Position numbers and translations under genes: made by a program
Notes under the pieces: generated by a model
What the model was told of the DNA's origin: nothing
What the model saw: only the letters and a program-made list of their open reading frames with translations
Database searches by the model: none
In this document: in pieces, positions 14,190 through 27,526 of the stretch
How the letters are laid out: every line of letters begins with the position of its first letter
How positions within the stretch are numbered: position 1 is the stretch's first letter
From: the human T2T-CHM13v2.0 reference genome, Homo sapiens
DNA length: 64,000 nucleotides
Reading direction: 5' to 3' (one strand)
Assembly (NCBI RefSeq): GCF_009914755.1
Contig: NC_060937.1

Positions 14190-14487
14190 TTTTTGGGGGG
14201 ATGGGCGGGGGGACAAGGTCTCGCTGTCACCCAGGCTACAGTACAGTGGCATGATCATGGCTCACTGCACTCTTGGCTTTCTGGGCTCAAGTGATCCTCC
14301 CACCTCAGCCTCCCGAGCAGCTGGGACTACAGGCACATGCCACCACACTCAGCTACTTTGTTTTATTTTTTATAGAGACGAGGTCTCACTATACCCCGGT
14401 TGGTCTTGAACTCCTGGGCTCAAGCCATCATCCTGCCTCAGCCTCCTAAAGTGCTGGGATTATAGGCATGAGCCACCATGCTTGATG
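14190..14487 (-). mobile_element. AluJ
   Basis: ctgggctcaagtgatcctcccacctcagcc J-type motifs. Confidence 0.88.
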
Positions 14488-15629
14488 GTTCTCGTCAATT
14501 TAAAAAACTAAAGAATGAATGGTTCTCCATTGAACTGATATTTTGGTTACTTCTGTGTTTATTTCTGGGGTATACTTAAAATTGTTTCAAGAATGTCTAC
14601 AATAGCCTTGAGTTATTAGTTCATAAAACTTAAAAAAACAAAACAGTTCACATATACTACCTTTAAAAAACACATTAGGGTCCAATCATGTTTCTATTCA
14701 ACTTGATGGCTATAGCATGGAAGAAAAAACTTCAAACTTAGGATAATCGGGCTATCACATTAAGGTCAGAACACTAATGGGTTGTCAAATAATGGCTTCA
14801 ACTTTTTAATCATATTTTCTTTTTACTCAACCTTCACCTACGTCCATTCTGCATATATAAAAGGTATGATTCTAAGCAACGAAACTGTCTTGAAATCTGG
14901 TGAAAATTAATAGTACTTTGGCTATAGACTATTACAGAGCTATAGTAAAGTACATTTCCACTTAGAATAGAAGTAACTTCAGATTAATTCGTCTTATGCT
15001 TTATAATTGGCTGGTTTCTTATCTGAGGGAAAAAATTAGTGAAACTTGAAATTCAAATAAAGAAAAAAGGAAAGTTTATTTAATGAAGAGAAGCTTAATA
15101 CCTTAAAACAAAAACCTGTATAATGTAATCAAGAGCACTGTGATTTATTGTATCCAGGGAAAGTTGATCTTTGGTCTGACTAGATTCCAATCAAACACTT
15201 TTTAGTGCTGCTATAATTAGGATATGATGTGGTGTGGAATGAGAATATTCAGGGTATATTTCATTTTGGGAAAAAATGTGAAAAGTTAAGAAATTTAAAA
15301 ATAAAAACTCTCATTCAAGATGCAAGTAATTTCACCTGCAAACTAATAGGTTTACCCCAGACTTACTTAAAAATAGTAACACCAATGTTTCTTTCAAAAA
15401 ATGGTTTCTATTTCTCAAATATGAAAATATGCTTACATAATGCACTAACATTCATATTTTAACCTTTAAAATCATGTAAAATGTATACATTTTTAAAACA
15501 CAAAGGTAATATGGGCACTACCAAAATCATCTCTGTTTTCAGTGATAAAATACAACATAATACACATTTTGCAAGTAGAAATATTTAGGTTCTATTATTT
15601 TACATATGAAGTTTATATTTATTAAATCA

Positions 15630-15850
15630 TTTTAATTCACTCAACAAATATTAAGTGAGCACATACTAAGCTCCAAGCATTATTTTTGGCAATGAGGATA
15701 CAGAAATGAAGAGAACAAAACCACTAACATAATAATAGTAATGACATTAATAATAGCAAGTAACGTATATTGCTACTATGTGTGTGACACTATTTTAAGT
15801 GCTTGTCATATATTAACTCACTTAATCTTTATGACAATCTAATAAGGTAA
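15630..15850 (-). mobile_element. L2 tail followed by MIR fragment
   Basis: attcactcaacaaatattaagtgagcac; ctatgtgtgtgacactattttaagtgct. Confidence 0.55.
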
Positions 15851-15855
15851 TTGAA

Positions 15856-16452
15856 TGTCATGGTTAATTTTATGTGTCAACTTAATCCATTTATGCCTAG
15901 TGTTCCATTATTGGAATACTAAACTTGTGGGAGTTATTTATATCCTACTGCTCAAGGTCTCATGGCCAAGGTCTGATTTTTCACAAAAAAATTTGCAACT
16001 TCTGACATAACTGGGTTAACTGGGTCATGGAATGGCCCAGATATCTGGCTAAACATTATTTCTGGGCACGTCTGTGAGGGCTTCCTAAAAGAGTCTGGCA
16101 TTTGAAATCAGTAAACTGAGTAAAGCAGATGGCCCTGACCAATGTGTGTATCATCTGATCTACTGAGGGCCTGAACAGAACAAAAAGGTGAAGGAAGGTT
16201 ACATTCTCTGCCTGACTGCTTGAGCTGAACGTTGATCTACCCTTGCTTCTCAGGTCTTACACTCTGAATGGAGGCAGCTTTCTACCTCTCACGCTTCTGA
16301 ATTACACCACCAGCTTTCCTGGGTCTCCAGCTTGCAGCCAGATCACAGGGCTTTATAGCCTCCATAATTGCATGAGCCAATTCCTTAAGTAAATCTCATT
16401 CTAGACATATCTTCTACTGGTTCAGTTTCTCTGGAAAACCTTGACTAATACA
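15856..16452 (+). mobile_element. MLT2-type (ERVL) solo LTR, interrupted by MER85
   Basis: Starts tgtcatggttaattttatgtgtcaactt, ends ctctggaaaaccttgactaataca (TG...CA). Confidence 0.85.
15886..16015 (+). mobile_element. MER85 (piggyBac/PGBD3-derived MITE)
   Basis: TTAA on both sides (15882-15885, 16016-16019); TIRs tccatttatgcc / gacataactggg; internal GTTCCATTATTGGAA palindrome. Confidence 0.9.
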
Positions 16453-17370
16453 TCGAGGGAGGACTGGAAACCAGTCTATCTAGTAACAGAGTCTATGGTC
16501 CAGGGAGCAAACCAACAATGACAAAGCAAGACAATTTCTGCTAATTAATGTAACAACATTTATACAAAAGGACAACAAAATAGAACTGTTAGGTCCAAAA
16601 AAACACAAAAAGTATGTGCTTTTTACTTTTGGAGTTTAAAAACAATCTACATGTGTGTGGCAGGAATACCGGCTATTTGTCTTTTTCTAGCCCTTGATCA
16701 CAAAACACAAAAAACTATGTCAGGGTGACTACTCTAGGTTGCTTGGTAAGGAAAGGACCCTTACTAGAGGATATATTTGAGCCAAGTGCTGAAGATCTGA
16801 GGCAAGAGCTTTAGGATCAATAAGCACAAAGGAGGTAGGAGGGATCTTGATGTATAAGAATAGAAAGAAGCCAAGTGGAACCACAATTTATGAGAGAACA
16901 GAGTCTCATGAGGGAATCAGAAAGCAGGCAGAGCCAGATGTGGGCCACAGGTCATGGTAAAAGTCTGGATTTTATTCTAAGCATGAGAGAAAGCACTGGA
17001 GAGTGATAGGTGGTTAAGTGCCATTTAAAATATAACAAGATCTTACTCGTCTAAATAAACCTGTAAGATGAAAAAAGAAAATGCTTCTGTGTGATTTGTT
17101 TTACACCTAGTAGCTTGCTATTCTTTTGCAGCAGGCTAAATACTCCCTGGAAAGGGAATCATTTCTAACTGAACAATCTTACAGAACTAGGAGGACACTT
17201 GTCTGTGGGAATCTTTTAAAAGATCACTCCTCCATAAATACATAATGATACTTGTAAAACAGATTTGATTAAAAAAAACCCTCATGTAAGTTCTAGATAA
17301 TACAAGAAAATATTCACTAAGGTACTAATAATTTTGTTCAGATTTCATTTTTGCATGCACAAACGCAGTA

Positions 17371-17777
17371 TGGTTGACTCTTGAACAACACAGGGTCCAC
17401 ACTTACGTGTGAGTTTACTTCTGCCTCTGCCAGCCTTGAGACAGCAAGAACAACGCCTCCTTTTTGCACTTCTAGCCTCCTCAAAGGGACAACCTTTATA
17501 ATGATCCATTTCCACTTAATGAATAGTAAATATATTTTCTCTTCCTTATGATTTTCTTAACATTTTCTTTTCTCTAGCTTACTTTGTAATAACAATACAG
17601 TATATAATACAAATAACATACAAAATATGTGTTAATCAAACGTTTATGTTATCAGTAAAGTTTCCAGTTAACAGTGGGCTATTAGTAGCTAAGTTTGGGG
17701 GGAGTCAAAAGTTATACAAGGATTTTCAACTGCACAGGGGTTGACCCCCTACCCCTTCATTGTTCAAGGGTCAACTG
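17371..17777. mobile_element. Tigger2-derived element (Tigger2a/MER28-like)
   Basis: TIRs ggttgactcttgaacaa / ttgttcaagggtcaactg with TA flanks. Confidence 0.85.
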
Positions 17778-19110
17778 TAATTTCCAAAGTTTCAATCTCA
17801 GAATAAAAAATGTTAAAGACAACCCTTAAATTAACCCATCCTTTAATGCTATTCAAATCCAGAATAATTTAACAACTAATACTTTTATGAAACGTGGTTC
17901 AAGGTAAGAGCCTTACATAGACTTATTCAACAACATGGCTTGAACTAAAAGCTGTACCTACCAATGTGATCAAGGGTTAGAAAAAGACAAATAGCTGGTA
18001 TTCCTGCCGCACGCATGTGGATTGTTTTTAAGCTCCCAGAGTAAGAGAATCGATATTTAAAATACAATAAAACCCAGAAACAACACACATTGGCATAAGA
18101 CAACTGGCTCCTTCCGCTTGGTGGAACCAGTTAAAGTTACTACTTTCTGCTGGGGATAGGGTAGGGTGGCAAGAATATGAAGCAGAGGACCAAACCAGGC
18201 CAAGAAACAGTAGATAATCCAGTTTTGGAAGAGGAAGGTGCAGAAGTCCCCAATCTGCATTTCCCAGACATAATACCTTCCCAGATCAGGCCACTGGGTG
18301 CCAAGCAAGGGAGATTTTTGAAATCCCTGCCAATGGCCTGGAAGTCCCATCTAGTCACAGGAGCCAAAATTCTTCTTACGGTCATTTAACTATCAGTGAA
18401 AAAAAAAAAAAAAAACGCCACCACCTGGCACCAGACCACAGCCAGATTAGGATGGATTTTGACAGTGCAGGTAGAGGCTATTTTATTAATGTCATTATAA
18501 CACAGCCCTACATTCTTTACAGAATTGACTCTATATTATGCATTTCTGACTGAATCAATTATTGGAATAGGATTAAACTTCCGAACCACCAGCTGCTACT
18601 AAAAACCTCTCTGAAAATACTTGAGAACAGCCTTCCTCAAGTCTCCAATTTTGCAAAGCAAGTTGGACAAAAGCTAAAAGTACAATTATTTAGGGTCATA
18701 AACTCTTTCTAGATATGAGTTTCTCTCCTGAATTCAACAAATTTTCCCAACATCACACCTACTAAAGACAGTCCAAGCCTTGGTTAATTTGACTAAATGT
18801 GAAAGGCTTCTTTTTTATCCCTTGTGAATGAGTTGTTTTGATGTTTATAACATGATTTCATTCTTAACACAAGCCTTTCGTAAGCTTAGTGTGCAATATA
18901 ATCATGTTTGGCTATATTACAAACCCCACATATTTGGAAACACTATTTTACACACATACACCCACACCCCACATTATTCTACTTGTACTAACAAAGCTTT
19001 TGGAAATATTTTTGCCCACTGCTGCAATACCAGCTTTAGAACAGGTAATCAAGTAACTGTTGGATGAATAAATGAATTAGCACTTTTACTTCAGCATACC
19101 TCCTCCTAGT

Positions 19111-19252
19111 AAGCTTTCTGAGGCCCCACCAGCAGCAGATGCTGGAGCCATGTTTGTACGGCCTGCAGAACCATGAGCCAATTAAACTTCTTTTCTTTAT
19201 AAGTTACCTTGTCCCAGGTATTTCTTTATAGCAATACAAGAACAACCTGATC
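19111..19252 (+). mobile_element. MST (MaLR) LTR 3' fragment
   Basis: gcctgcagaaccatgagccaattaaac...ggtatttctttatagcaat. Confidence 0.8.
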
Positions 19253-19808
19253 CAACTACTATCAAGTAATAAGCAGATTTCTACACTCAGGTAATTGTGT
19301 TGGAATGATTGTGTTTTTAGTTAGCTATGCTCTGAGTACTATTTTTTCATTTGACCACAAAGTCCTACAACCTAGCATTATGATTAAAACATATCACCTG
19401 TCAGCAGAATCATACTGAAACCAAAATATCTGGCAGAATGAGCTACATGCAATTGTCAGATAATTTTTCTGATTATTATCCAAGAAGATTTTGTGTTTAA
19501 ACCCTTGTTCCTAAAATACTACTAATGTATTAGTTTACTTTCCTGATTTAGCATGGGAAACTATAAAGAATATATACTAATATAAGTGAGTACACTGATA
19601 AAAGCAAGTATTACATCTACCAAAAGATCATTATAAATATTCAATTTAGGATTATCTAGACATAATAGGTTAGGAATATTGACACAGAGTATTCCCTTCA
19701 AAAATTATCTTTCTGACTAAATACCTAAAATAAACTTAATTTCCCTTTGATTTACATCTCTTCTAAACAATTTACAGGAAAAAAAATTAGTTTGTTGGGT
19801 TCCCACTA

Positions 19809-20370
19809 CAATAGGCCCAGCTTACCTGCTGTTTTGCTTTCCCTGGTCAACCACAGTCCAAATATACTAATGGAAACTTCCAGAAATAAACAATTCATAT
19901 GTTTTAAATTGCACACAGTTCTAAGTGGCACAGTGAAATCTTTTGTCGTTCCACTCTACCGCAACCACTATACACTGTATGCACTTGCTCGCTGATCACT
20001 TTGTAGCCATCTCAGTTATCAGATTGACTTGCAGTTTGGCAATAACAGTAATTATGCAGTTCGAGTAACCCTTATTTTACTTAATAATGACCCAAAGTGC
20101 AAAGAAGAGTGATGCTGGCAATTTGAATATGTACAAAAAAAAAAAAAAAGCCATAAAGTACTTCCTTTGAGTGAAAACATGAAAGTTCTTAAGAAGAAAA
20201 ACTGTATGCTGAGGTTGCAAAAATCTACAATAAGAAGGAATAGTCTATACATGAAATTATGAATAAAGAAGAAGAAATTCATGCATAGTATATACAAGGT
20301 TCAGCACTATCTGCCATTTCTGGCATCTACTGGGGGTCTTGGAATGTATTCCCTGAGGATAAGAGGGGCA
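19809..20370. mobile_element. MER44-type (Tigger7 family) DNA transposon
   Basis: ggtcaaccacagtccaaa...ccagaaataaacaattcat...ctgggggtcttggaatgtattccctgaggataag. Confidence 0.75.
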
Positions 20371-21749
20371 GAAATAGTATTTTACTATTCTCTGTAGAGT
20401 AGGTCACGGAAAGTTTATTTTAAAAAAATATTATGGGAAATTGCTATATTTTCTGAAAGCACAGTAATAAATCCATAAGGCTTTTTCTCTGCGTAAATGA
20501 GTAGTACTCAGGTTTTGATCAACATTGAATAAATAAATCAAAGCTGAGTAAAGTTAAGTTGGAAGACACTGATGACATTCATTTAAGGGCCGAAGTCTCC
20601 AAATTATTCAATTAAAAATTAACCACATGATAGAATTTCGTATTAAACTTACAAATACTCTGGGAAGAGTACATTTTTAACAAACTTGATATGCCAATGA
20701 CAGTTTGGGAGGAAAGTACTCAAATCCTTGACATCAGGTTAGTGTCCTAGGCTTCAAGAATGATTCATAATTCTAACATTTTTTTGGAGAAGGGAAAATC
20801 ATGAACTTTTCTAGAAGGGTATGGGCACTCTCCCTCACCAAAACACATACACGGGCAAAGTTTTATACATAACTCAAGAAACTTGTAGACCCCTAAAATC
20901 CACCAGTGGACTTCGGGTTAGAAGCACCTGATACAGAACGTTGGACAACTGAGACACAATTATTATCTATTATGAGTAATGGATAATTCAGTAAACATTA
21001 ACTGTTACAATTTATTTTTGAATTTGGACAACTGAGACACAGAGAACAGCTAGAAGGATTTAAAGTCAGAGGATCGTGTAGCATTGTTGCATCTCCTATG
21101 CCATGTGTATGCACACCTATGCCATGTAAATGGGTAACTCAATAGAGAGCCATCCTTTAAGAAATGTAAGCAACCGCTTATATCCAGTAAGCCTAGTGGG
21201 TCATACTTGAAGGAAAAAAAAACAAACCCAAAGCCAAAACCCACGTATTTGGAAACACTATTTTACAAACACACACATACACACACACACCCCATCACTA
21301 TATTACTTCTACCTGTACTAACAAAACTTTTGGAAACACTTTTGCTCACTGCTGCAATACCAGCTTTAGAACAGGTATTTAAGTAACTGTTGGATGAATG
21401 AATTAGCAATTTTACTTAAGCACAACACCTACTAGTAAACAAAACACTACTAATACGCCCATTATGACATTTAAAGTATTTTTAAAGGGCAATTTTTTCC
21501 AAAAGGAATTTAGACATTAACCTTTAATTACATTCCTTATCAATCTGAAGACAGTGACAAAGATACTGTTTAGTTTTAAAATTAATACAGGTACACCTCA
21601 GAAACATAGGTTTGGTTCCCACAATAAAGCAAATATCACAGTTAAGTGAGCCACACAAATTTTTTGGTTTCCTAGTACACACACAAGTTATGTTTACACT
21701 ATACTGTAGTCTTTTAAGTGTACAATAGATTTATATCTAAAAAAGTACA

Positions 21750-22076
<327 letters not shown>

Positions 22077-22344
22077 TTATTGTTAAAGAAATGCTAACAC
22101 CCATCTAAGCCTTCAGAGAGTTTTAACCGTTTTGTGGGTAAGGGTATTATCTTGATGCTGATGGCTGTTGACTGACGAGGATGAAGGTTGCAAAAGGCTG
22201 GGGAGGCTGTGGCAATTTCTTAAAAGAAGACAATGATGAAGTTTGTCACACCAATTGACTCTTCCTTTCGCAAAAGATTTATCTGTAGCTTGTGATGCTG
22301 TTCGCTAGCATTTTACCCACAGTAGAATTTTCAAAACTGCAGTC

Positions 22345-22709
22345 GGCTGGGCATGGTGGCTCAAGCCTATAACTACAATGTTTTGGGAGGCCAAGGCAGG
22401 ATTACTTGAGTCCAGGAGTTCGAGATCAGTCTGGACAACATAGCGAGACCTCATCTCTACAAAAAGATTTTAAAAATTAGCTGAGTGTGGCAACGCAAGC
22501 CTGTAAGCCCAGCTACTTGGGAGGGTGAGGTGGGAGGATCACTTCACCACTTGATGGGAGGCGGAGGCTACAATGAGCTGAGATGGCGCCAGTGCACTTA
22601 AGCCTGGGTAATAGCGAGACACAGTGAGCTGAGATCACGCCAGTGCACTTAAGCCTGGGTTACAGTGAGAAGAAAAACAAAAAACAGCACACACATACAC
22701 AAAAAACAA
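22345..22709 (+). mobile_element. AluJ nested in Tigger1, with duplicated 3' segment
   Basis: gagctgagat..cgccagtgcacttaagcctgggt occurs twice. Confidence 0.85.
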
Positions 22710-25304
22710 ACCTGGACTCAATCCTCTCAAACCCTGCTGCTGCTTTGTCAACAAAGTTTATGTGACACTCTGAATTCTTTGGTGTCACTGTCATTTAAAA
22801 AAATGTTTCTAGCATCTTCACCAGGAGTAGACTCCATCTCAAGAAACCACTTTCTTTGTTCATCCATATGATGCAACTCCTCATCCGTTCAAGTCTGATC
22901 TGAGATTGCAGCAATTCAGTTACATCTTCAGGATCTACTTTTAATTCTAGTTCTCTTGCTATTTCCACCACATTTGCAGTTACTTCTTTCAATAAAGTCT
23001 TGAACTTCTCTAAGTCATCCATGAACGTTGTAATTGACTTCTTTTAACTTCTGTAACTATTAATATTTTGACCTCCTCCTGTGAATGACGAATGTTCTTA
23101 ATGGCATCTTGAACAGTAAATCCTTTCCATAAAGTTTTCAATTTATTTTGCCCAGATCCATCAGAGGAATCACTATCTATGGCAGTTGTGGCCTTATAAA
23201 ATGTATTTTTTAAATAAGACTCAAAAGTAAAAATTAGTCTTTGATCCATGGGCTGTAGGGTGCCTTTTGTCTTAGCGAGCATGAAACTATTAATCTCTCC
23301 TGACATCTTCATCAGAGCTCCTGCGTAAACAGGCACATCATAAACAAACAGTAGTATTTTGAATGGAATCTTTTCTTCTGAGCAATAGGTCTCAATAGTG
23401 GGCTTAAAATATTTAGTAAACCATGCTGTAAACAGATGTGCTGTCATCCATGCTTGTTTTTCCACTTAAGAGCACAGGCAAAGTACATTTAGCATAATTC
23501 TTAAAAATCCTAGGATTTTCAGGATGGTAAATGAGCACTGGCTTCACCTTAAAACCCCCAGCTGCACTGGCCCCTAACGAGAGAGTCAGCCTGTTCTTCG
23601 GAGCTTTGAAGCCAAGCATTGACTTCTCCTCTCTGGCTATGGACATCTTGGATGGCATCTTCTTCCAATAAGGCTGTATCAACTACACTGAAAATTTGTT
23701 TAGTGTGGCCAACATCAATTATCTTATCTAGATCTTCCGGATAACTTGCCGCTGCTTCTTCATCAGCATGTGCTGCTTCATCTTGCACTTTTGTGCTGCT
23801 TCATCTTGCACTTTTGTGCTACGGAGATGGCTTCATTCGTTAAATGTCATGAAGTAACCTCTGCTAACTTCAAACTTTTTTCCTGCAGCTTCCTTACCTC
23901 TTTCAGCCTCGAAAGAATTAAAGAGAGTTAGGACCTTGCTCCAGATTAGACTCTGGCTTAAAGGAATGTTGTGGCTGATTTCAACTGTGGCTGCTTTGAT
24001 CTTTTATCCAGCCCACTCAAACTTTGTCCGCATCAGCAATATGGCTGTTTTGCTTTCTTCTCATTCATGTGTTCATTGGAGTAGCACTTTAAATTTCCTT
24101 CAAGAACTTTTCCTTTGCATTCACAACTTAGCTGACTGGCACAAGAGATCTAGCTTGCCACCTAAGTTTTCAGTATGCCTTCCTCACTAAGCTTAATCAC
24201 TTCTAGCTTTTGATTTAAAGTAAGAGACTCTTCCTTTCTACTTGAACACTTAGAGGCCACTACACATAGGGTTATTAGTTGGCCTAATTTCAATATTGTT
24301 GTGTCTCAAGGAATACAGAGGCCCAAGGAGATGGTGAGAGACAGGGGACTAGCCAGTCAGTAGGGCAGTCAGAACACACACATTTGCAGATTAAGTTCAC
24401 TGTTTTATATGGGTGCAGTTCACGACACCCCAGAACAATTACAATGGTAATGCGACAATTACTGATCACAGTCCATCGTAACAGATACAATAATGATGAA
24501 AAAGCTTGAAATATTTCAAGAATTACAGAGACACAAAGTGAGCACATGTTATTGGAAAAATGGCACTGATAGGCTTGTTTAATGCAGGGATGCCACAAAC
24601 CTTCCATTTGTAAAAATACACAACATCTGTGAGCTTCAATAAAATTGGTGCGCCTGTAATTTCTTCATTCAGAGTAATGGAGACAAATGAAAATAACAGC
24701 CCCACCTAAGAACCTTGGTAATTAACTCTTCCTAAACCAAAATGTCTTTTTCCAATGTCTTGTCACATATGGCTTTAGAACTCCAGTGCGTGCAGATCAG
24801 GTATTTACATAATCTTCCAGTATTCCTAGCTCTGTTGTTTCATGTCCTTAGATGAAAAAATAAAAAATAAAAATAAATTTAAAAACCAAGTTCAGATTTG
24901 TCTACATACTAAATAACAGGTGAGTCCTATGCATACCATTTAGGGATAACCAAGGGAGAAAAACTGGAAAATGAAGGATAAGCCTGTGTAATATTCAACT
25001 CCTCATAACACAAATGTTTTTACCATTTAAATGATAAACTACCTAGCAACAGGTGTTAAGAACCAACTCTCAGAGACTTCTTAGTCAAAATACCAAAATA
25101 AAAGTACAAAGAACCATTAGGGAAAACTAAAGGCTTTACTGATAGAATGTCAATCACCAAAAACATTTATTACTGATAGAATGTCAATCACCAAAAACAT
25201 TTACATGTAATTTTCACAAACACACCTGCTGGACTGAGTAAAATATAGAGTATAGTCTAAGAAAACATACTTAAGAACTCTGAAGTCTTCAGTTAACTGT
25301 TCTC

Positions 25305-26335
25305 TTGCATGTCAAGAAGACACAATTAACAGAGTGAAAAAAAAAAAAGCAACATATGGAATAGGAAAAAATATTTTAAAATCTTATCTCTGTTAAGGGG
25401 TTAATGTCCAGAATATATAACGAACTCTTAGAACTCAACAGAAAAAAAATCAAATAACCCAATTAAAAAATGGGCAAAGAATTGGAAAGACATTTCTCCA
25501 AAGATGATATACAAATGGCCGACAAGCACATGAAAGGATGTTCAACATGGCTAATCATCAGAGAAATGCAAATCAAAACCTCAATGGGATAACACCTCAC
25601 CTCAATGAGATAAACACACCTATTCGAATGGCGACTATAAAACAAACAAACTAAGTGTTGGTGAAGGTATGGAGAAACTGGAACACTTGTGTACTGTTGG
25701 TGGGAATGTACAACAGTGCAACTGCATTGGAAAACAGTAGGCAGGTTTCTCAAAAAAATTAAAAATAGAATTATCATATGACCCAGCAATTCTACTTCTG
25801 GGTATATATACAAAAGAACTGAAAGCAGGGTCTCAAAAGGGATTATTTACACATTCATGCTCATAGCAGCACTATCAACAATAGCCAGGAGGTGAAAGAA
25901 CCCAAACACCCATCAAATGGATGAATGGATAAATAAAATGTGGCATATACATACAATCAAATATTATTCAGCCTTAAAAAGGAAGGAAATCCTGTCACAT
26001 GCCACAGCAAGAAGGAACCCTGAGGACATTCTGCTAAGTGAAATAAGCCTGTCAAAAAAGACAAACACTGTATGATTCCACTTATATAAGGTATCTGAAG
26101 CAGTCAAATTCACAGAAACAAAACAGGATGATAGTTAACAGGAGCTGGGAAAAGGTGGAAAGGGGGAGTTATTTTTTGACAGATACAGAGTTTCAGATTT
26201 GCAAAATGAAAAAGTTCTGCAGAATTGTTTCACAAGTGTGAAAATACTTAACACTACCAAACTATAAACTTTAAAATGATGAAGATGGTACATTTTGTTT
26301 TTTTACCACAATAAAAAATTGAAAAATAAATTGTA
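25305..26335 (+). mobile_element. L1M (MA/MB-type) ORF2 end plus 3'UTR
   Basis: gaaatgcaaatcaaaacc...gacccagcaattctacttctgggtatata...aaaaggaaggaaatcctgtcacat. Confidence 0.85.
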
Positions 26336-26524
26336 AAAATTAAGGCTTACTGAATTATCCATGACTCATAATAATAATTATTATGGGAATTATTAAAATA
26401 AATATACACACTATTGTAAACAAAACTAAAAAACCCAATATGCTAATGCCCAACGGCTTCTGAAAAGTAAATATTCTATATTCTACAAAAGTTAATATTG
26501 TTAAAAACATACAATCCTACTTAC

Positions 26525-26722
26525 CTTGGCTTGTCTCTCTTTTCTCTTTGTCGTTCAAAATCTCGTCCTCTGTCCTTTCCATCTCTTGTTTTTTCTTCTA
26601 TCCTGTCTTTTACTTTATATTTTTCTTTGTATTTTTTCCCCAGAGCGATATCTTCTGGTATAGGAGGGGGTGGACTAGGAGTACGTGGTCCTTTCTTTTT
26701 ACTTTGGTTGGTTTTTGAATTT
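26525..26722 (-). CDS. ZC3H13: ZC3H13 coding exon (198 nt; NSKTNQSKKKGPRTPSPPPPIPEDIALGKK...EKRDKP)
   Basis: Acceptor ccttcag|A, donor AAG|gtaagt; phase 2 to 2. Confidence 0.95.
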
Positions 26723-27164
26723 CTGAAGGTAACAAAAAGCTATCATTAGAGGTTCAAATATGCCAAAAGGATATTTTTTAAAGCCTTCTTAAAAACAGCA
26801 GCGTTCCTTTACATTACTTGCCCTTTATTATTTTGTATACTACTAACCAATATCAAGAAGAAAAAAAAACTAACAGAAATGGCTGAAGAATTAATTTACT
26901 TGATACTTATTTTGTTAACACTGCTTATTATTATATAACTTTAAAGGGGCAGGTTTCTGAGAAAAGATAGAGGTGAAATAGGAAGACACTTTCAGAAAAG
27001 ATGTTAATACAATGACTGTTTAAACTGTTTTTTTTTAAGACAGAAAAGTAGACAAAGAAAGTAAAAATCACCTATAATTCTACTACTCAAAGAGAACTAT
27101 TTTTAACATCTTGAATATTTACATACTTTTGCCATATATCTTACTTTCTCTGTCTATTCATTTA

Positions 27165-27480
27165 AAACTGGGTATTCACATGCAAAAGAATGAAGCTGGA
27201 CCTTTACATTGCACCAGATCAAAAATTAACTCAAAATAAAGACCTAAACATAAAAGCAAAAACTATAAAAATCCGAAAAGAAAATATAGAAGAAAAGCTT
27301 CATGACATTGGACTTGGCAATGATTTCTTGGCTATGACACCAAAGGCACAGGTAACAACAAAGCAAAAATAGACAAATGAGACTAAATCAAATTTTAAAA
27401 CTTTTGCATGTCAAAGGACACAATCAACAAAGTGAAAAGGCAACTTATAGAATGCGAGAAAATATGTGCAAATCATATAT
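27165..27480 (+). mobile_element. L1M ORF2 fragment
   Basis: ORF 27190-27372 (LHDIGLGNDFLAMTPKAQ) is L1 ORF2-like. Confidence 0.85.
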
Positions 27481-27526
27481 ATATATAGTCACAACTATTT
27501 TCTCTCATCATTGGAAATGGTAACTC

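Noticed and set aside
18057-18415. Processed pseudogene ending in the A-run near 18399-18415
   Set aside because: No AATAAA close upstream of the run, no TSD found and no recognisable protein in the three overlapping ORFs
22795-23788. Transposase-like ORFs as an active or domesticated TIGD gene
   Set aside because: Fragmented over several frames with a degraded catalytic motif; ordinary Tigger1 fossil
26498-26749. Plus-strand ORFs opposite exons (also 3189-3404, 12206-12406)
   Set aside because: Antisense shadows of low-complexity coding exons; no independent evidence
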